Source: an uncultured Acidobacteriota bacterium (GTDB lineage Bacteria; Acidobacteriota; Vicinamibacteria; Vicinamibacterales; 2-12-FULL-66-21). Taken from it: DNA of 64,000 nucleotides. The notes beneath the pieces were generated by a model that saw only the letters and a list, made by a program, of their open reading frames with translations, made no database searches and was not told the DNA's origin. The stretch spans positions 13,206-77,205 of the forward strand of contig CAVYTY010000029.1 of assembly GCA_963771395.1 (NCBI GenBank), given 5' to 3'. The translations under genes and the position numbers were made by a program. This document shows positions 24,678-34,976 of the stretch, piece by piece. Positions within the stretch are counted from its first letter, which is position 1; every line of letters starts with the position of its first letter.

Positions 24678-25685
24678 GTGAAACGGTCCGTGATTGTCCT
24701 GGTCGCATCGAGTGCGCTGACGGCCGCGATCGGCGTCCGAGCTTCGTCAAACCAAGCCCCGGCCGCGACCTCGAGCGAAGCCCGGGCTATCGCCTACCTG
24801 TCGGGCGAGGTCCCTGCCTGGCGCCGGGAGCACCCCTGCTATTCGTGCCATAACAACGGCGACGCCGCGAGGGCGCTCGTCGCGGCGCTCGGCCAGGCGC
24901 CAGAGGTCCGCGCCGCACTCGACGACACGCTCAAGTGGCTCGCCGAACCGAGTCGATGGGAAACCAACGGCGGCGGCGAGGGCGGCGCCGACGACAAGCG
25001 GCTCGCGCGCATCCAGTTCGCGCACGCGACGACAACGGCGTTTGCGGCGGCGCTCGTGTCGAAAGCCGCCATCGACTCGGCAGCGGCAATCGTCGCCGCC
25101 GATCAGCAAGACGATGGCTCGTGGCGTCTCGATTCCTCCGACAGCATCGGTTCGCCCGCGACCTACGGCACGGCACTCGCGACGGTCTTCGCGCGGCGCA
25201 CGCTGGCCGCCTCCGGACTGAGCGCGCTCGGAGAGCGCATCGCGCGCGCCGACCGCTGGCTCTCCCGCCTGGAGGTCCACAACGTGCCCGATGCGACGGC
25301 GATCATGTTTGCTTTCGTCGATCCGCCGCGCGGTCCCGTATCGGACAACTGGCGCGCAGCAGTGGAGCTCCTGCAGAAAGGCCAGGGACGCGACGGCGGC
25401 TGGGGACCCTACGTCACGTCGCCCGCCGAGCCATTCGACACGGCGCTGGCCACGCTCGCCCTGCACGCGCTGACGAGACGGCCTTCGCGCGCCGAGCCCT
25501 CATACACGAGGGCGACGCTCGCCGGCGCGATCGCGAAGGGCCGAGCCTATCTGGTTCGACAACAGCTTGCCGATGGGAGCTGGAACGAGACGACGAGACC
25601 CGCCGGGCAGACGAGTTACGCGCAGCGAATCTCCACGACGGGCTGGGCGCTCCTGGCGCTCATCGAAACGAGAGGCGCGCAGTGA
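24678..25685 (+). CDS. prenyltransferase/squalene-oxidase-repeat protein (alpha/alpha toroid), secreted
   Basis: GTG 24678 with signal MKRSVIVLVASSALTAAIGVRA. Repeated QxxDGSW-type motifs (QQDDGSW, GRDGGWG, LADGSW). CYSCHNNGD block. Confidence 0.8.
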   Translation: MKRSVIVLVASSALTAAIGVRASSNQAPAATSSEARAIAYLSGEVPAWRREHPCYSCHNNGDAARALVAALGQAPEVRAALDDTLKWLAEPSRWETNGGGEGGADDKRLARIQFAHATTTAFAAALVSKAAIDSAAAIVAADQQDDGSWRLDSSDSIGSPATYGTALATVFARRTLAASGLSALGERIARADRWLSRLEVHNVPDATAIMFAFVDPPRGPVSDNWRAAVELLQKGQGRDGGWGPYVTSPAEPFDTALATLALHALTRRPSRAEPSYTRATLAGAIAKGRAYLVRQQLADGSWNETTRPAGQTSYAQRISTTGWALLALIETRGAQ

Positions 25686-25688
25686 AAG

Positions 25689-26917
25689 TCAGCGGCCTAC
25701 CTTGAACGCCAGGGTCCGGCGCTCCGGCTCGGGAGTGAGGTCGGTCCGTTCGAAGTTGTCGACTTCGAACGCGCGGCCGATCCGGTTGCCGGCGAGGTCT
25801 TCGAGGAACGCGAGCGCCACGAGATCGTAGTCGCCCGATACCCACGGGGCGCGCGGCGTGAACCGCCAGCGGGTCTCGGCGCCTTCGATGGCCACGTCGC
25901 CCTCGAGGGCGGCGCCGCCTCTTGCGACGCCGAGCGCGCGTCGCAGCAGACCGTGATCCAGCGGATCGGGAAACGTCACCACTACCGGCTCACGGGTGCC
26001 CGCCGCCGGCGCCGCTACCTTCCACGCCGCCATCGTCAGCGGCCGCTCCATTGGAGGGCTCGCGCGAAACTCGTGCCTGAACTCTTCCTTGAGCGGAAGC
26101 CCGTGCCCGTCCCGCCACTCGCGCTTGACGAGGAGCGTGTACCGCTTCCCCGCGGCGAGGGCCCTGCCCATCTGCTTGTTCGGCAGGATGCCGCGCTTGA
26201 CGCGGCCCGGGTCGAAGAACACGGTGTAACGCGTCCGATCGTCGTTCCAGAAGTCCGCGTCGAGCGGGAGGAAGGCGTCGACGACCTCCTGGCCGCGATC
26301 ATCGAGGAGCATGACGTAGTCGAACCCGCTCCGCCAGTCCATCGGGCGCCGAGAAGTGCAAGATACAGCCGAAGCTGATTCGCCGGCACGACGTCGCCGC
26401 TCGGATAGATGTGCGTCACGATGGTCGACGGCGACCGCGCAACTGCCGGTCTTCCGACGACCGCCCTGACGACGTCCTTGCGCCACGGGTCGTTCACGTT
26501 GCCAGCCGGCAAACGGGTCGCATCGAGGACCACGTGGTACTGACGGCCCTCGTCGAACGGGAACATCGGCGTGAAGCGCAGGCTCCCATCGGCGATGGAA
26601 AACGTCCCCGCCACTGCCGGGCGCGCAGCCGCCAACGGCTCGCCGGCGCCCGCGGGCTTGACCGAGACACGCAGCAATGCCTGCCAATCGGCCTCGGTCC
26701 AGTGGGCGTTCGACAGCGCGGCCACGGTCGCGGCCGGGAGGCCTGTCACGTCCACGGTGTTGGTCTGGGAATTGAGCTGAATCCCGGGTGGTGCGGATGG
26801 CGCGGAGGAAGCGGTGCAGGCGGCGTAGCCGACGAGAACCGCGAGGACAACGAGGACAGTGCAGAAACGAACGCTGCGACGAGTGTAGTCACCCACCGCT
26901 GCGCTCGTTTCTGCCAT
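25689..26917 (-). CDS. hypothetical lipoprotein with Ig-like domain; frame broken at least once
   Basis: ORF 26036..26917 (lipobox-like VLVGYAAC; ...ANQLRLYL) continues in ORF 25689..26687 (MDWRSGFDYVMLLDDRGQEVVDAFLPLD...). The join at 26340-26372 needs one or two 1-nt corrections (LRLYL-HFSAP-MDWRS uses all three frames). Confidence 0.6.
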
Positions 26918-26941
26918 GTGTCCGCGAATCCCTGCGCTTCG

Positions 26942-28060
26942 TCAGGGCAGCGCGATCGCCTGAAGCGAGAGCACGCCGCCTTCGGCGCGCGTGAGCACGA
27001 TCGCCCGCTCGCCGTCGAGCAGATCGAGCTGTTCGACGCCCTTGAGCGACGCAACCGGTTCGAAGCCCACGCCACCGGTTTCGGACGCCACGCGCGCCGT
27101 GATGCCGGGCGCGGTCGCGAACCCGTCGGTCGGGACCTTCATCACGCCGCGACTCGTGTTCGCGATGAGCAGGTAGTCCTTGCCGCCCTTCTTGTACACG
27201 ATCATGTCGGTCGGGCGGTTGCGATTGCCGAGCTCGGCGATCGTCGTGCCCATCACCTTCTGACCGGGCGCGAGGCTCGACACCGGGAACTTCACGAGCG
27301 GCGTGCACGTGTAGCCGGCGATCAGGTGCGACGAGTTGTTGATCTGGTAGGGCACGAACGAGATGACCGGCGAGCGCGTTTCGAACTGCCCGTGGTTCCC
27401 GTGATAGATCTCGACGCTCGTGCCGGCATCGACTGCCGCGAACGGGTACGGCACCGTCCGGAGCTTCGACGCGAACTCCTCGTTCGAGAGCCCCGCGACG
27501 ACGAGCTTCCCGTCGACAAACGCCATGTCGGTGATCGATTCCATCCGCGGGTTGCGCTGCTGTCCGGGGGCGGCGGCCGCCGGGGCGTTCGGCATCGTGG
27601 CCTTCGTCATCTTCAGGCCGTCGAGCGCGACGACCTCGATCTTGCCGGCGCCGTCGACGCGAAAGAGCGCTGGCTTCGCGTCAGCCCCGGTCCCGCGCAT
27701 GACCGAGATGAACGCGTTCCGCGTCTTGGGGTGCACTGCGAGATCCGTGACCTGGACCTCTTTGGGATCGGTTCCGAGCATTGACGCAATCTGCGCATCG
27801 ATGCCGGTCACATCCTTGGCCCCCGGCGCGCCGCCGGTTGCCTTCGCCGCCAGATCGATGGCGTAGATGGTGGCGGCCTGTCGATCGGCGGCAAAGAGCA
27901 CGCCGTCAGGGCCGAACGCCAGCGGGCCGATCGACTGGAGCGCCTGCGCGGCCGGTGCCTGGGACTCAGCAGTTGCCACAGTCCTGGTGGCGGCGACAGC
28001 CACGGCCAGCGTGGCGGCAGCCAGAGTCAACGCACATGTTTTCAATGATATACGGCGCAT
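26942..28060 (-). CDS. hypothetical secreted protein (beta-propeller-like)
   Basis: Intact 372-aa ORF behind AGGAGG. Signal MRRISLKTCALTLAAATLAVAVAA. No motif recognised. Confidence 0.7.
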   Translation of the reverse strand: MRRISLKTCALTLAAATLAVAVAATRTVATAESQAPAAQALQSIGPLAFGPDGVLFAADRQAATIYAIDLAAKATGGAPGAKDVTGIDAQIASMLGTDPKEVQVTDLAVHPKTRNAFISVMRGTGADAKPALFRVDGAGKIEVVALDGLKMTKATMPNAPAAAAPGQQRNPRMESITDMAFVDGKLVVAGLSNEEFASKLRTVPYPFAAVDAGTSVEIYHGNHGQFETRSPVISFVPYQINNSSHLIAGYTCTPLVKFPVSSLAPGQKVMGTTIAELGNRNRPTDMIVYKKGGKDYLLIANTSRGVMKVPTDGFATAPGITARVASETGGVGFEPVASLKGVEQLDLLDGERAIVLTRAEGGVLSLQAIALP

Positions 28061-28132
28061 TCACACTCCTCCTGACGAGAAAGGGACCTTAGACTAGTTT
28101 GTCTACGACTTCCGGTCCGGGGGCGTTTCGTT

Positions 28133-28230
28133 TCGCGGCTACCGGCCCGGTTCGCGGCTCACGGCTCGCAGAGCCCGGGGCACAAGCGCCAAGCGGCGAG
28201 CCGCGAGCCGCGAGCCGCGAGCACGCGAGC
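28133..28230. repeat. tandem-motif hairpin element (GCGAGCC unit)
   Basis: Left arm CGCGGCTACCGGCCCGGTTCGCGGCTCACGGCTCGC. Right arm GCGGCGAGCCGCGAGCCGCGAGCCGCGAGCACGCGAGC is its imperfect reverse complement. Loop of about 23 nt. Confidence 0.8.
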
Positions 28231-28247
28231 GTATTGTAACGCCCGGC

Positions 28248-29721
28248 TCAGTAAGTGACCCTGACTCGATACTTCAGCGTCGCGACCCCATCGGTCGCGA
28301 CTGGCACGCTGAACTGCGCGGCCCAGGCCGCCGTCTTCGTCGCGGTGTGTGACGACCGCACCATCCGCCAGCTGCCTCCGATGGGCTCGTTGACCTCAAC
28401 GGTGATGGGCGTGGCTTTGTGATTGCGCAGCGTGATCTCGTACTCGAACTCGTAGACGTTGCTGGCAATCTTCTGGAAATCGATCTGGTTGCGCTCGCAG
28501 ACGACGTCGAACGCGTTCCCGATCTTCAGCTTCAGCGTTTCGTCCTTCGGCGTGTGATCGATCCGGTCTTCGCCGGCGAACTGCACGCCGCCCTTCGAGT
28601 CCGCCTGGTACACGCGCACGGTGCCCGCCGGCATCGGCATGCCCAGCCCGGCTTTCTCCTCGTTCTTGAACTGATAGTACACCTGCACCACATCCTTGAG
28701 GGGCGCGCCCGGGTGCTGCTGGTTGTGATAGTAGAAGTCCTGACCGTCGACGACGAAGCGCTTCTGGACGGGGACGCCGGTACCGGCGAGCATGCTGATC
28801 TGCTTGGTCTCGGAATTGTTAATCGTCGTCTTTCGGCCGACCGTGTAGAGGTGATACTCCGAGAATGACTCCTGTGCCATCGGCGCGGCCGCGGCCATCT
28901 CCATCGTGCGGCGGGCCTGGTCGAACCGTTCGTCTTTGATCGCTTGCACCACACGATTGAGATCGCCGGCGACGAGCTGCAGCTTCGCGTTCCTGAACGA
29001 CGTGCCGCTGCCGTTCTGGAGCGTGACCCAGCCGTCGAGGTCCGCATTCTTGTCGTCGCGCGCGACGGTCAGCACGTAGTCGGCGTTCCACGCCAGCTTG
29101 CCGGCAAGATACGACGCTTCCACGCGATGCGGCTGCGCACCGCTGTTCTGCAGCGTCCAGATGAGCGTCGGGTGCGTATAGAGGTTGTCGGGAAGCTCCG
29201 GGAAACGGATATGGTCCGCGTGGAGGCCGGTGATGATCTCGCCGCCGATCCGCCACACCGGCCCGTTGTTGTAGCTGAGGAGCGTGGCCTTCACTTCTTC
29301 CTGGCGCGTCGTGCCGTCCTGCTGCACCGTGCGCACGAGCGTCACTTCCCGGCCGACGTATTTCTGCAGCAGCTTCTCGGGCTCGAGGAGGTCTGTACTC
29401 GTAGTTCTGCTCGAGCACGTTCACGCGCGACGGCTCGGTCAACGAGCGGAAATGCACCGTCGCGGGGTTCACCGTCGCCGCGATGTCCATGAACTTCAGA
29501 TCGAATTCGCCGGTCGGCAACACCAGGCGGCGCACGTCGCGCACGAGCGCGATGTCCGAGTTGTAGACCGTGACGGCAAGCTCCACCTGATCGTCGAGGG
29601 TCGTCGTATCTTGTCCGCCACCGTGCAGGGGCGCGGCGTCAGGGGTTGACAATGTTAAGAACGACGAACTGAGGGCGATCGCGGCCGCCAGTGGGGCGAC
29701 CAGCAAGTATCGGGAACGCAT
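28248..29721 (-). CDS. DUF4139 (plus DUF4140) domain protein, secreted; frame broken once
   Basis: ORF 28819..29721 (MRSRYLLVAPLAAAIALSS...VTVYNSDIALVRD...VLEQNYEY) joins ORF 28248..29345 (DLLEPEKLLQKYVGREVTLVRT...) when the base at 29394, next to GTAC 29395-29398, is removed. Confidence 0.8.
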
Positions 29722-29806
29722 CGGACAGCTCCTTCATTGACGAAATTTTTGGGGCGCTGTCCTTGGAACGGCGTCGGGCCGGTTCCTTGCGGGGAGGTAT
29801 GTGGCG

Positions 29807-31183
29807 CTACCGCGGGTTCCAATTTCGACCGCCGTCGGTCGTTAGAAACCGCCGACCGTTGGCAGTGGTGACCGTGGCCGTGCGCGCATCGGTCGAGGTG
29901 ACGGTAATGAGGTCGACGGGCTCGGGGAATTTCACACGCCGCCAGTCCCGGCCATCCGTGGTGAGAACGATCGCGCCACCACGGCCGACGAGCCAGCACA
30001 CGGTCGACGTGGGCGCAGCACCAGCGGTGAACACCACGCCGTCTTCCGCGGTGTACTGATTCGTCCATGTCGCTCCAGCATCGAACGAACGCTGCACGGT
30101 GCGCCCCTCGACGACGCGCCAGGGTGCGGACGCATCGAGGGGAACCACGTCGAAGTTGCCTGCCTGGGTTCGGGAGCCGAGCCCCCCGCCCGCGTATCCA
30201 TAAACCGGTCCGGGCTTCTTTGCCGCCTCGCGGCGCGCGGCACCGCTGTCGGCAACGGCGGCTGGAGGGGGAACGGGCCGTTCGGCCACCGTTACCCGCT
30301 CTGCCACGGGCTCGGCGGCCTGTTGTCGCGGGGCGATCTGATTCTGATTCGGGCTCTGGTTCTGATTCGGACTCTGATTCTGATTCTGACTCTGGTTTTG
30401 GTTCGGACTCTGACTCTGATTCTGATTCTGGCCAGCCTGCGGCGCAGGCGCGACGGGCCGGGCCAACCTGGCCTGCGCTGACCGATCGCCTGAGGCGGCC
30501 TGGACGCCTTCCGGTGCTGGCGGCGCGGTCGGTGGCGGCCCGGCGTCCTGCCGCGTGGAAGCGGCTGCCGCGGCCACTTCATTCTTCCTTTCGTCAGGCT
30601 TGGCCTTCGCGAGCGCGTCCGTCGTCGCCTTGTCGGCGCCGACGCGCTGCTCGTTCTCCTTGCGGGCGTCTGCGGACAACTTGGATGCGTCGCGGAATCT
30701 GTCTGACGCTTCGCGATCCAGAGAGCTGTCGAGCGCCCGGCGCTCTGCGTCTTTCTCGAGCACAGCGGGCGGCGGCGCGGCGGCCGAGCTCGCGCGTTCC
30801 GACGGCTGGCCGGCCACCCGCTGATCTCTATCCATGCTGGCAGGGGGTGACTGCAGCGGCCTCTGATCCACCGCAAACCACAGCGCGACGGCGGCACCGG
30901 CCGCAAGAGCCGGGCTCAGCATCATGAGCCACTTGCGAAGCGGTGAGGCCGACCTCGGCGGCGGCGCGGGCATCGTCCGGACCATCACGGCCATCATGGC
31001 CTGACAACGTGCGCACCCCGAAGCGTGCGTTTCGGCAGACGCGCGCTCCGGCCCGTTGAGCAGACCTTCGGTCCAGGCGGCGAGAGTCTCCGCGTCGAGA
31101 CAGGCGGACTCCGAGCGCGCGCCGGCTGCCGGCGTCTGACGGAGCCACCGCTCCACCGACTGGTCGCGCTCTCGATCGGTCAT
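29807..31183 (-). CDS. anti-sigma factor (zf-HC2) with one TM, Gln/Asn/Ser-rich linker and C-terminal BNR/Ycf48-like beta-propeller domain
   Basis: ORF 29807..31318 trimmed to ATG 31183. HASGCARCQ is the Hx3Cx2C motif. TM is LMMLSPALAAGAAVALWFAV. C-terminal SFDAGATW, TTDGRDW and TTDGGRNW repeats. Confidence 0.8.
   Translation of the reverse strand: MTDRERDQSVERWLRQTPAAGARSESACLDAETLAAWTEGLLNGPERASAETHASGCARCQAMMAVMVRTMPAPPPRSASPLRKWLMMLSPALAAGAAVALWFAVDQRPLQSPPASMDRDQRVAGQPSERASSAAAPPPAVLEKDAERRALDSSLDREASDRFRDASKLSADARKENEQRVGADKATTDALAKAKPDERKNEVAAAAASTRQDAGPPPTAPPAPEGVQAASGDRSAQARLARPVAPAPQAGQNQNQSQSPNQNQSQNQNQSPNQNQSPNQNQIAPRQQAAEPVAERVTVAERPVPPPAAVADSGAARREAAKKPGPVYGYAGGGLGSRTQAGNFDVVPLDASAPWRVVEGRTVQRSFDAGATWTNQYTAEDGVVFTAGAAPTSTVCWLVGRGGAIVLTTDGRDWRRVKFPEPVDLITVTSTDARTATVTTANGRRFLTTDGGRNWNPR
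30338..30430. repeat. imperfect hexanucleotide tandem repeat (CTGATT/CTGACT/CTGGTT) inside the anti-sigma gene
   Basis: Encodes QNQNQSQSPNQNQSQNQNQSPNQNQSPNQNQ (residues 297-327 of ORF 29807..31318). Confidence 0.9.
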
Positions 31184-31253
31184 GCCCAGAACCTTATCGG
31201 TATCACAGTTTGCCGCGCCTGCGCGGCCGGGCTCGGGCCGCAGGCGCTTCTCC

Positions 31254-32160
31254 TTACTTTGAACGTCCCAAATCCGAATCCTTGCGCAGGCCCGGGTGGC
31301 TGAAGAGCTCGGCCACATCGAGCGGACCCGGGTCGTCGATCGTACATTCGAAGCATCTGGCGATTTCGGCCTCGCTCAGGCCGCGTTCCGTGCGCAGGTG
31401 CCGCTCGACTTCGGTCCGGATCACCTTGCGCGTGCGCGTGAGCTGACGCGAGACGGTGGCCTCGTGCTCGCCGAGCAGACGGCCGGTCTGGGCGAGCGTC
31501 AGATCCTCACGATAGTAGCAACCGAGCCGGAGCCGGTCACGATCCGGCAGGGCCGACAGGGCGCGCAGCAGCGCGTGCCTGATGATCGCCACGAACCGTC
31601 CTGTATCCGGATCCGGCGTCGGCTCGCTCACGAGCGCCGCCGGCACGGCCTCTTCGTCATCGAGCGGCGTCAGCCGGCGCGAGGCGCGCACACGGTCGAC
31701 GAGGCGCTGCGCGAGCACGGCGCGCAGCCACGTCGCGAGACTGCTCCTCCCGTGAAAGTACCCGGAAGAGCGAACGGCGCTCGCCGTCGCGTTCCTGCAG
31801 GCCAAAGAGGTCCGCGTAAATCGAATCGGCCAGTTCGCGCGCACCGCCCCCCGGATCGATCGCATCGGCCGAGCGATAGAGCACGGGACGGTACTCGAGC
31901 ACGAAGTGATCCCATGCCGCCTCGTGCCCCTCGGCACACGCGGTAGCGAGCGCGAGATCGTCGAGGTGCAGCGACGTCAGATAGCGTTCGACTCGCTGGT
32001 GATCCGGCGCGCCGTCGGGCAGCGCCTTGGCCGCGCTACGCTCGAGCGCGGCGGTGAACGCCAGCTCCGACACACCCCAGCGCGAGCCCTGGGCCTGTCG
32101 ATAGAGGCGCGCGACGAGGGTCGCGTCTATCCGCACGACGGTCGGCGACTGTCTGGACAC
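31254..32160 (-). CDS. ECF-type RNA polymerase sigma factor; frame broken once
   Basis: ORF 31657..32160 (...DLFGLQERDGERRSLFR) joins ORF 31254..31937 (YFHGRSSLATWLRAVLAQRLVDRVR...LGCYYREDLTLAQTGRLLGEHEATVSRQLTRTRKVIR, regions 2 and 4) when one base at 31758-31762 (GTACC) is removed. Followed by its anti-sigma gene. Confidence 0.85.
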
Positions 32161-32220
32161 GATCCTGGCCGCGCTCTAGTCCCAGGGCCCTCGTGGGTAA
32201 CGTGCACGCGCCGAAGGCCC

Positions 32221-32306
32221 GTCACGATGAACACGATGGCCCGATGATCACGATGCGCTTTCCAAACAACTCATCGTGTCCATCGTGTTCATCGTGGCCA
32301 TCGTGG
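32221..32306. repeat. tandem-motif hairpin element (CACGATG unit, same unit as 12914-13040)
   Basis: GTCACGATGAACACGATGGCCCGATGATCACGATG, a 15-nt loop, then TCATCGTGTCCATCGTGTTCATCGTGGCCATCGTGG. Lies between divergently transcribed starts. Confidence 0.85.
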
Positions 32307-32421
32307 TGGGAGCCGTCAGCCCGTGCGGGTGCCTGAGGGACCTGAGCAGCACAGTCAATTGTAGCGTGGCAGCGCGTCGACGCGCCCCAGATCGGCCCGC
32401 AATTGTGTAGAGTCTTGGCAC

Positions 32422-33843
32422 ATGCCCGCCGAACCCGGCTCGACCGCGCCTCCCATGCCGCGCAGCCGCACGCGGCTGACCCGCTTCGTCGTGCTGATGG
32501 CGGTCGTCGCGGCGGTGCGGCTGGCCGCCCTGCCGCTGCGCGGGACCGAGGACGTGCTCACCTGGAAGATCTGGATGATCGGGGCCTCGAAAAACGTCAC
32601 GACCGTCTACGGCGTCGGCGGCCACCCGCCGGTGCGGGGCGAGCTCCACTGGCTGCACCATTCGACGACCGTCGACTACCCGCCAGTCGCGCTCTACGAG
32701 CTCGGCGCGGCCGGACTGGTCTATCGCTTGTTCGACGCCGGATTCACCGACCGGCGAATGCTCACCGCTGCGGTGAAGGTTCCCGGATTGATCTTCGGCA
32801 TCGCGCTGACGGTGTTTCTGTGGTGGACCGTCCTGCGGCTCACGGGCGACCACAACCGCGCCGAATGGGTCGCGCTCGCCTACTGGGCCAACCCCGCGAC
32901 GATTCTCAATGGCGAGGTACTCGGGTATCTGGACCCGCTCATGATGCTGCCCGCGATCGCCTCGCTGGTGCTGCTGCATCTGCGGGCGCCCGAATGGGCA
33001 GGCGCGAGCCTGGCCATCGCGATGCTGACCAAGCCGCAAGCGTTGCTCATCGCGCCGATCCTCGCGCTCGGGGCCTGGCGGACCGGCGGAGCACGCGCGC
33101 TCGTGGCCGCCGGCCTCGGTGGCGCGATTACGGCCGGCGTCCTCATCCTGCCGTACGCCCTCGTCGGCGCCTTGCCCAACATGTGGCTGGCGTTCGGATC
33201 GTTCTACGCGCGCAGGGACATCCTCTCGGGGTACGCGGCGAACATCTGGTGGATTGCCAATTACGTGCTGCGCGCGTGGAATCAGATTCCACGGCTGGGC
33301 GTGACTGGGGCCTATCTGGCGCCCGTCCGGCGCATCATGGCCATCAGCACGTTTCAGGACTACGGCCTCCCGAACCCTCGGCCGTTCGGCACGCTGCTGG
33401 TCCTCCTGGCGAGCGGCTGGAGCGTGTGGCGGATCCGGCGCGCGCGCGACCTGTCACTCCACGCGCTCGGCGCAGCGTTCATCGTCCATGCGTTCTTCGT
33501 GCTGTCGGTCGGCGTTCACGAACATCACATGATGCTGGCGGTTCCGCTCCTCGCGCTCGCCGCGGCGCTTCGACCGCCGCTCGCGCCGCTCTTCTGGACC
33601 ATCAGCCTCATCGTCGCGCTCAACATGAACCTTTTCTACGGCATCGGCCTGGGGCTCGGATGGTCGCCGCCGCGCGGACTGCTGCTCGTCGATCTCAGCG
33701 TCCTGCTGTCGATGGCCAACATCGCGGCGCTCGTGTGGCACGGGCGCGTGCTCGTGCGCGCAGCGGCCGACGAGTCGCTTCAGCTGAACGAGGGCTCGAG
33801 TGCCGGGCGATCCCATCTGCCCAGGTCTGCCGCGGCGACGTAG
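32422..33843 (+). CDS. GT-C-fold integral membrane glycosyltransferase (DUF2029/GT87-like)
   Basis: Intact 473-aa ORF with about 11 hydrophobic segments. The first-loop block TTVDYPPVALYELGAAG is typical of polyprenol-phosphate-sugar transferases. The last ~60 nt overlap the convergent gene. Confidence 0.65.
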   Translation: MPAEPGSTAPPMPRSRTRLTRFVVLMAVVAAVRLAALPLRGTEDVLTWKIWMIGASKNVTTVYGVGGHPPVRGELHWLHHSTTVDYPPVALYELGAAGLVYRLFDAGFTDRRMLTAAVKVPGLIFGIALTVFLWWTVLRLTGDHNRAEWVALAYWANPATILNGEVLGYLDPLMMLPAIASLVLLHLRAPEWAGASLAIAMLTKPQALLIAPILALGAWRTGGARALVAAGLGGAITAGVLILPYALVGALPNMWLAFGSFYARRDILSGYAANIWWIANYVLRAWNQIPRLGVTGAYLAPVRRIMAISTFQDYGLPNPRPFGTLLVLLASGWSVWRIRRARDLSLHALGAAFIVHAFFVLSVGVHEHHMMLAVPLLALAAALRPPLAPLFWTISLIVALNMNLFYGIGLGLGWSPPRGLLLVDLSVLLSMANIAALVWHGRVLVRAAADESLQLNEGSSAGRSHLPRSAAAT

Positions 33844-34710
33844 GTGGACTGAAGGAACTCGAGCAGCGTGCGGTCGGGGTCGGCCGACGTCCGCACGACG
33901 TCGTACGGCAGGATGAACTCGTGGAGATCCGGGCTGTAGAACGCCTGGCTCGGCTTGACCTCGGCTGCCGCGAACCCCGCCGGCTCTGGATACGCGTAGG
34001 CGTAGTACGCCGGGTACGCGATCGGCCCGCCGCCCGCCCAGAACCCGCCGCTGCTGACTTCGTGCGAGTACGCCTCGCGCGTGATTCGATCGGGCAGGTT
34101 GGGAATGCCGCCGGGATGCTCGGGCGCCCGCCGGCCCGAGAAACGCGTGACGGCAAGATCGAACGCCCCCCAGAACAGGTGCACCGGACTGCACTTGCCG
34201 ATGAAGCCCGAGCGAAACTGCTTGAACACGCGGTCGCTCTGCACGAGCACGCGCCAGAAACGATTGACGGCCGCGGCGTTGTACGCGCGGTGCAGCTCGT
34301 CGCGATCGAAGGGAATCGGGTCGGGCACCTCGTTCGGCCTGGCGTAGATGCGCACGTCGATGTCCAACCCGTGCAGGGCGTCCATGACGCGCCGATAGAA
34401 CGACGCGACGGTCTGCGGCTCGAGCGGCACGCGCGCGGTTCTTCCGTCGCTGACGTCGATGTCGAGCGTGTGATCGATGAAGTCGAAGTCGATCTGAACA
34501 GTGCGCGGTCCGTGCGGAATCGGCGACGTCGTCAGCCCGCGCGCAGTGACGTAGAGCGGACCTGTGCCATCCGTGGTTGATGGGCGCGCTCTCGCGCAGT
34601 CGGATCTTGCCGACGATCTGCGTCCACATGTGCAGCGTCGCACACGAGTCAACCCACGCGTCGAGGGGCACTGCCGGCCAGGCCTGCTCGCGCGATAGCT
34701 GTTCACTCAT
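33780..34710 (-). CDS. DUF5996 family protein; frame broken once
   Basis: ATG 34710 behind GGAGGA. MSEQLSREQAWPAVPLDAWVDSCATLHMWTQIVGKIRLRESAPINHGWH (ORF 33454..34800) continues as (G)PLYVTARGLTTSPIPHG...FLQSTYVAAADLGRWDR (ORF 33780..34706). Break at about 34568-34576. Confidence 0.75.
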
Positions 34711-34824
34711 CGAATCCTCCGGTCCCGATATCTCCGGTCCCACGCGGCCAGTATAGCCCCCGGCGAATGCTCTCGCCTCCGGCCACGTCCGATTCGCCAA
34801 CCTGGTTCGCTCCTGAAAGACGAA

Positions 34825-34889
34825 CAGGAAATCAGGAGGTCAGGAGGTTCTGGTTTCACGAGTCAACTCCTGGACTCCTCGGACTCCTG
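34825..34889. repeat. tandem-motif hairpin element (CAGGAGG unit)
   Basis: CAGGAAATCAGGAGGTCAGGAGG (34825-34847) and ACTCCTGGACTCCTCGGACTCCTG (34866-34889). Smaller hairpins flank it within 34801-34912. Lies between divergent starts. Confidence 0.75.
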
Positions 34890-34976
34890 TAAAGGCTCCT
34901 CCATCTGGAGCGCTCATCGGGGATCCCGACCGTTGGTTGGTGTAATATCCGCGCAGTTCATCTGGGGAGGGTGTGT

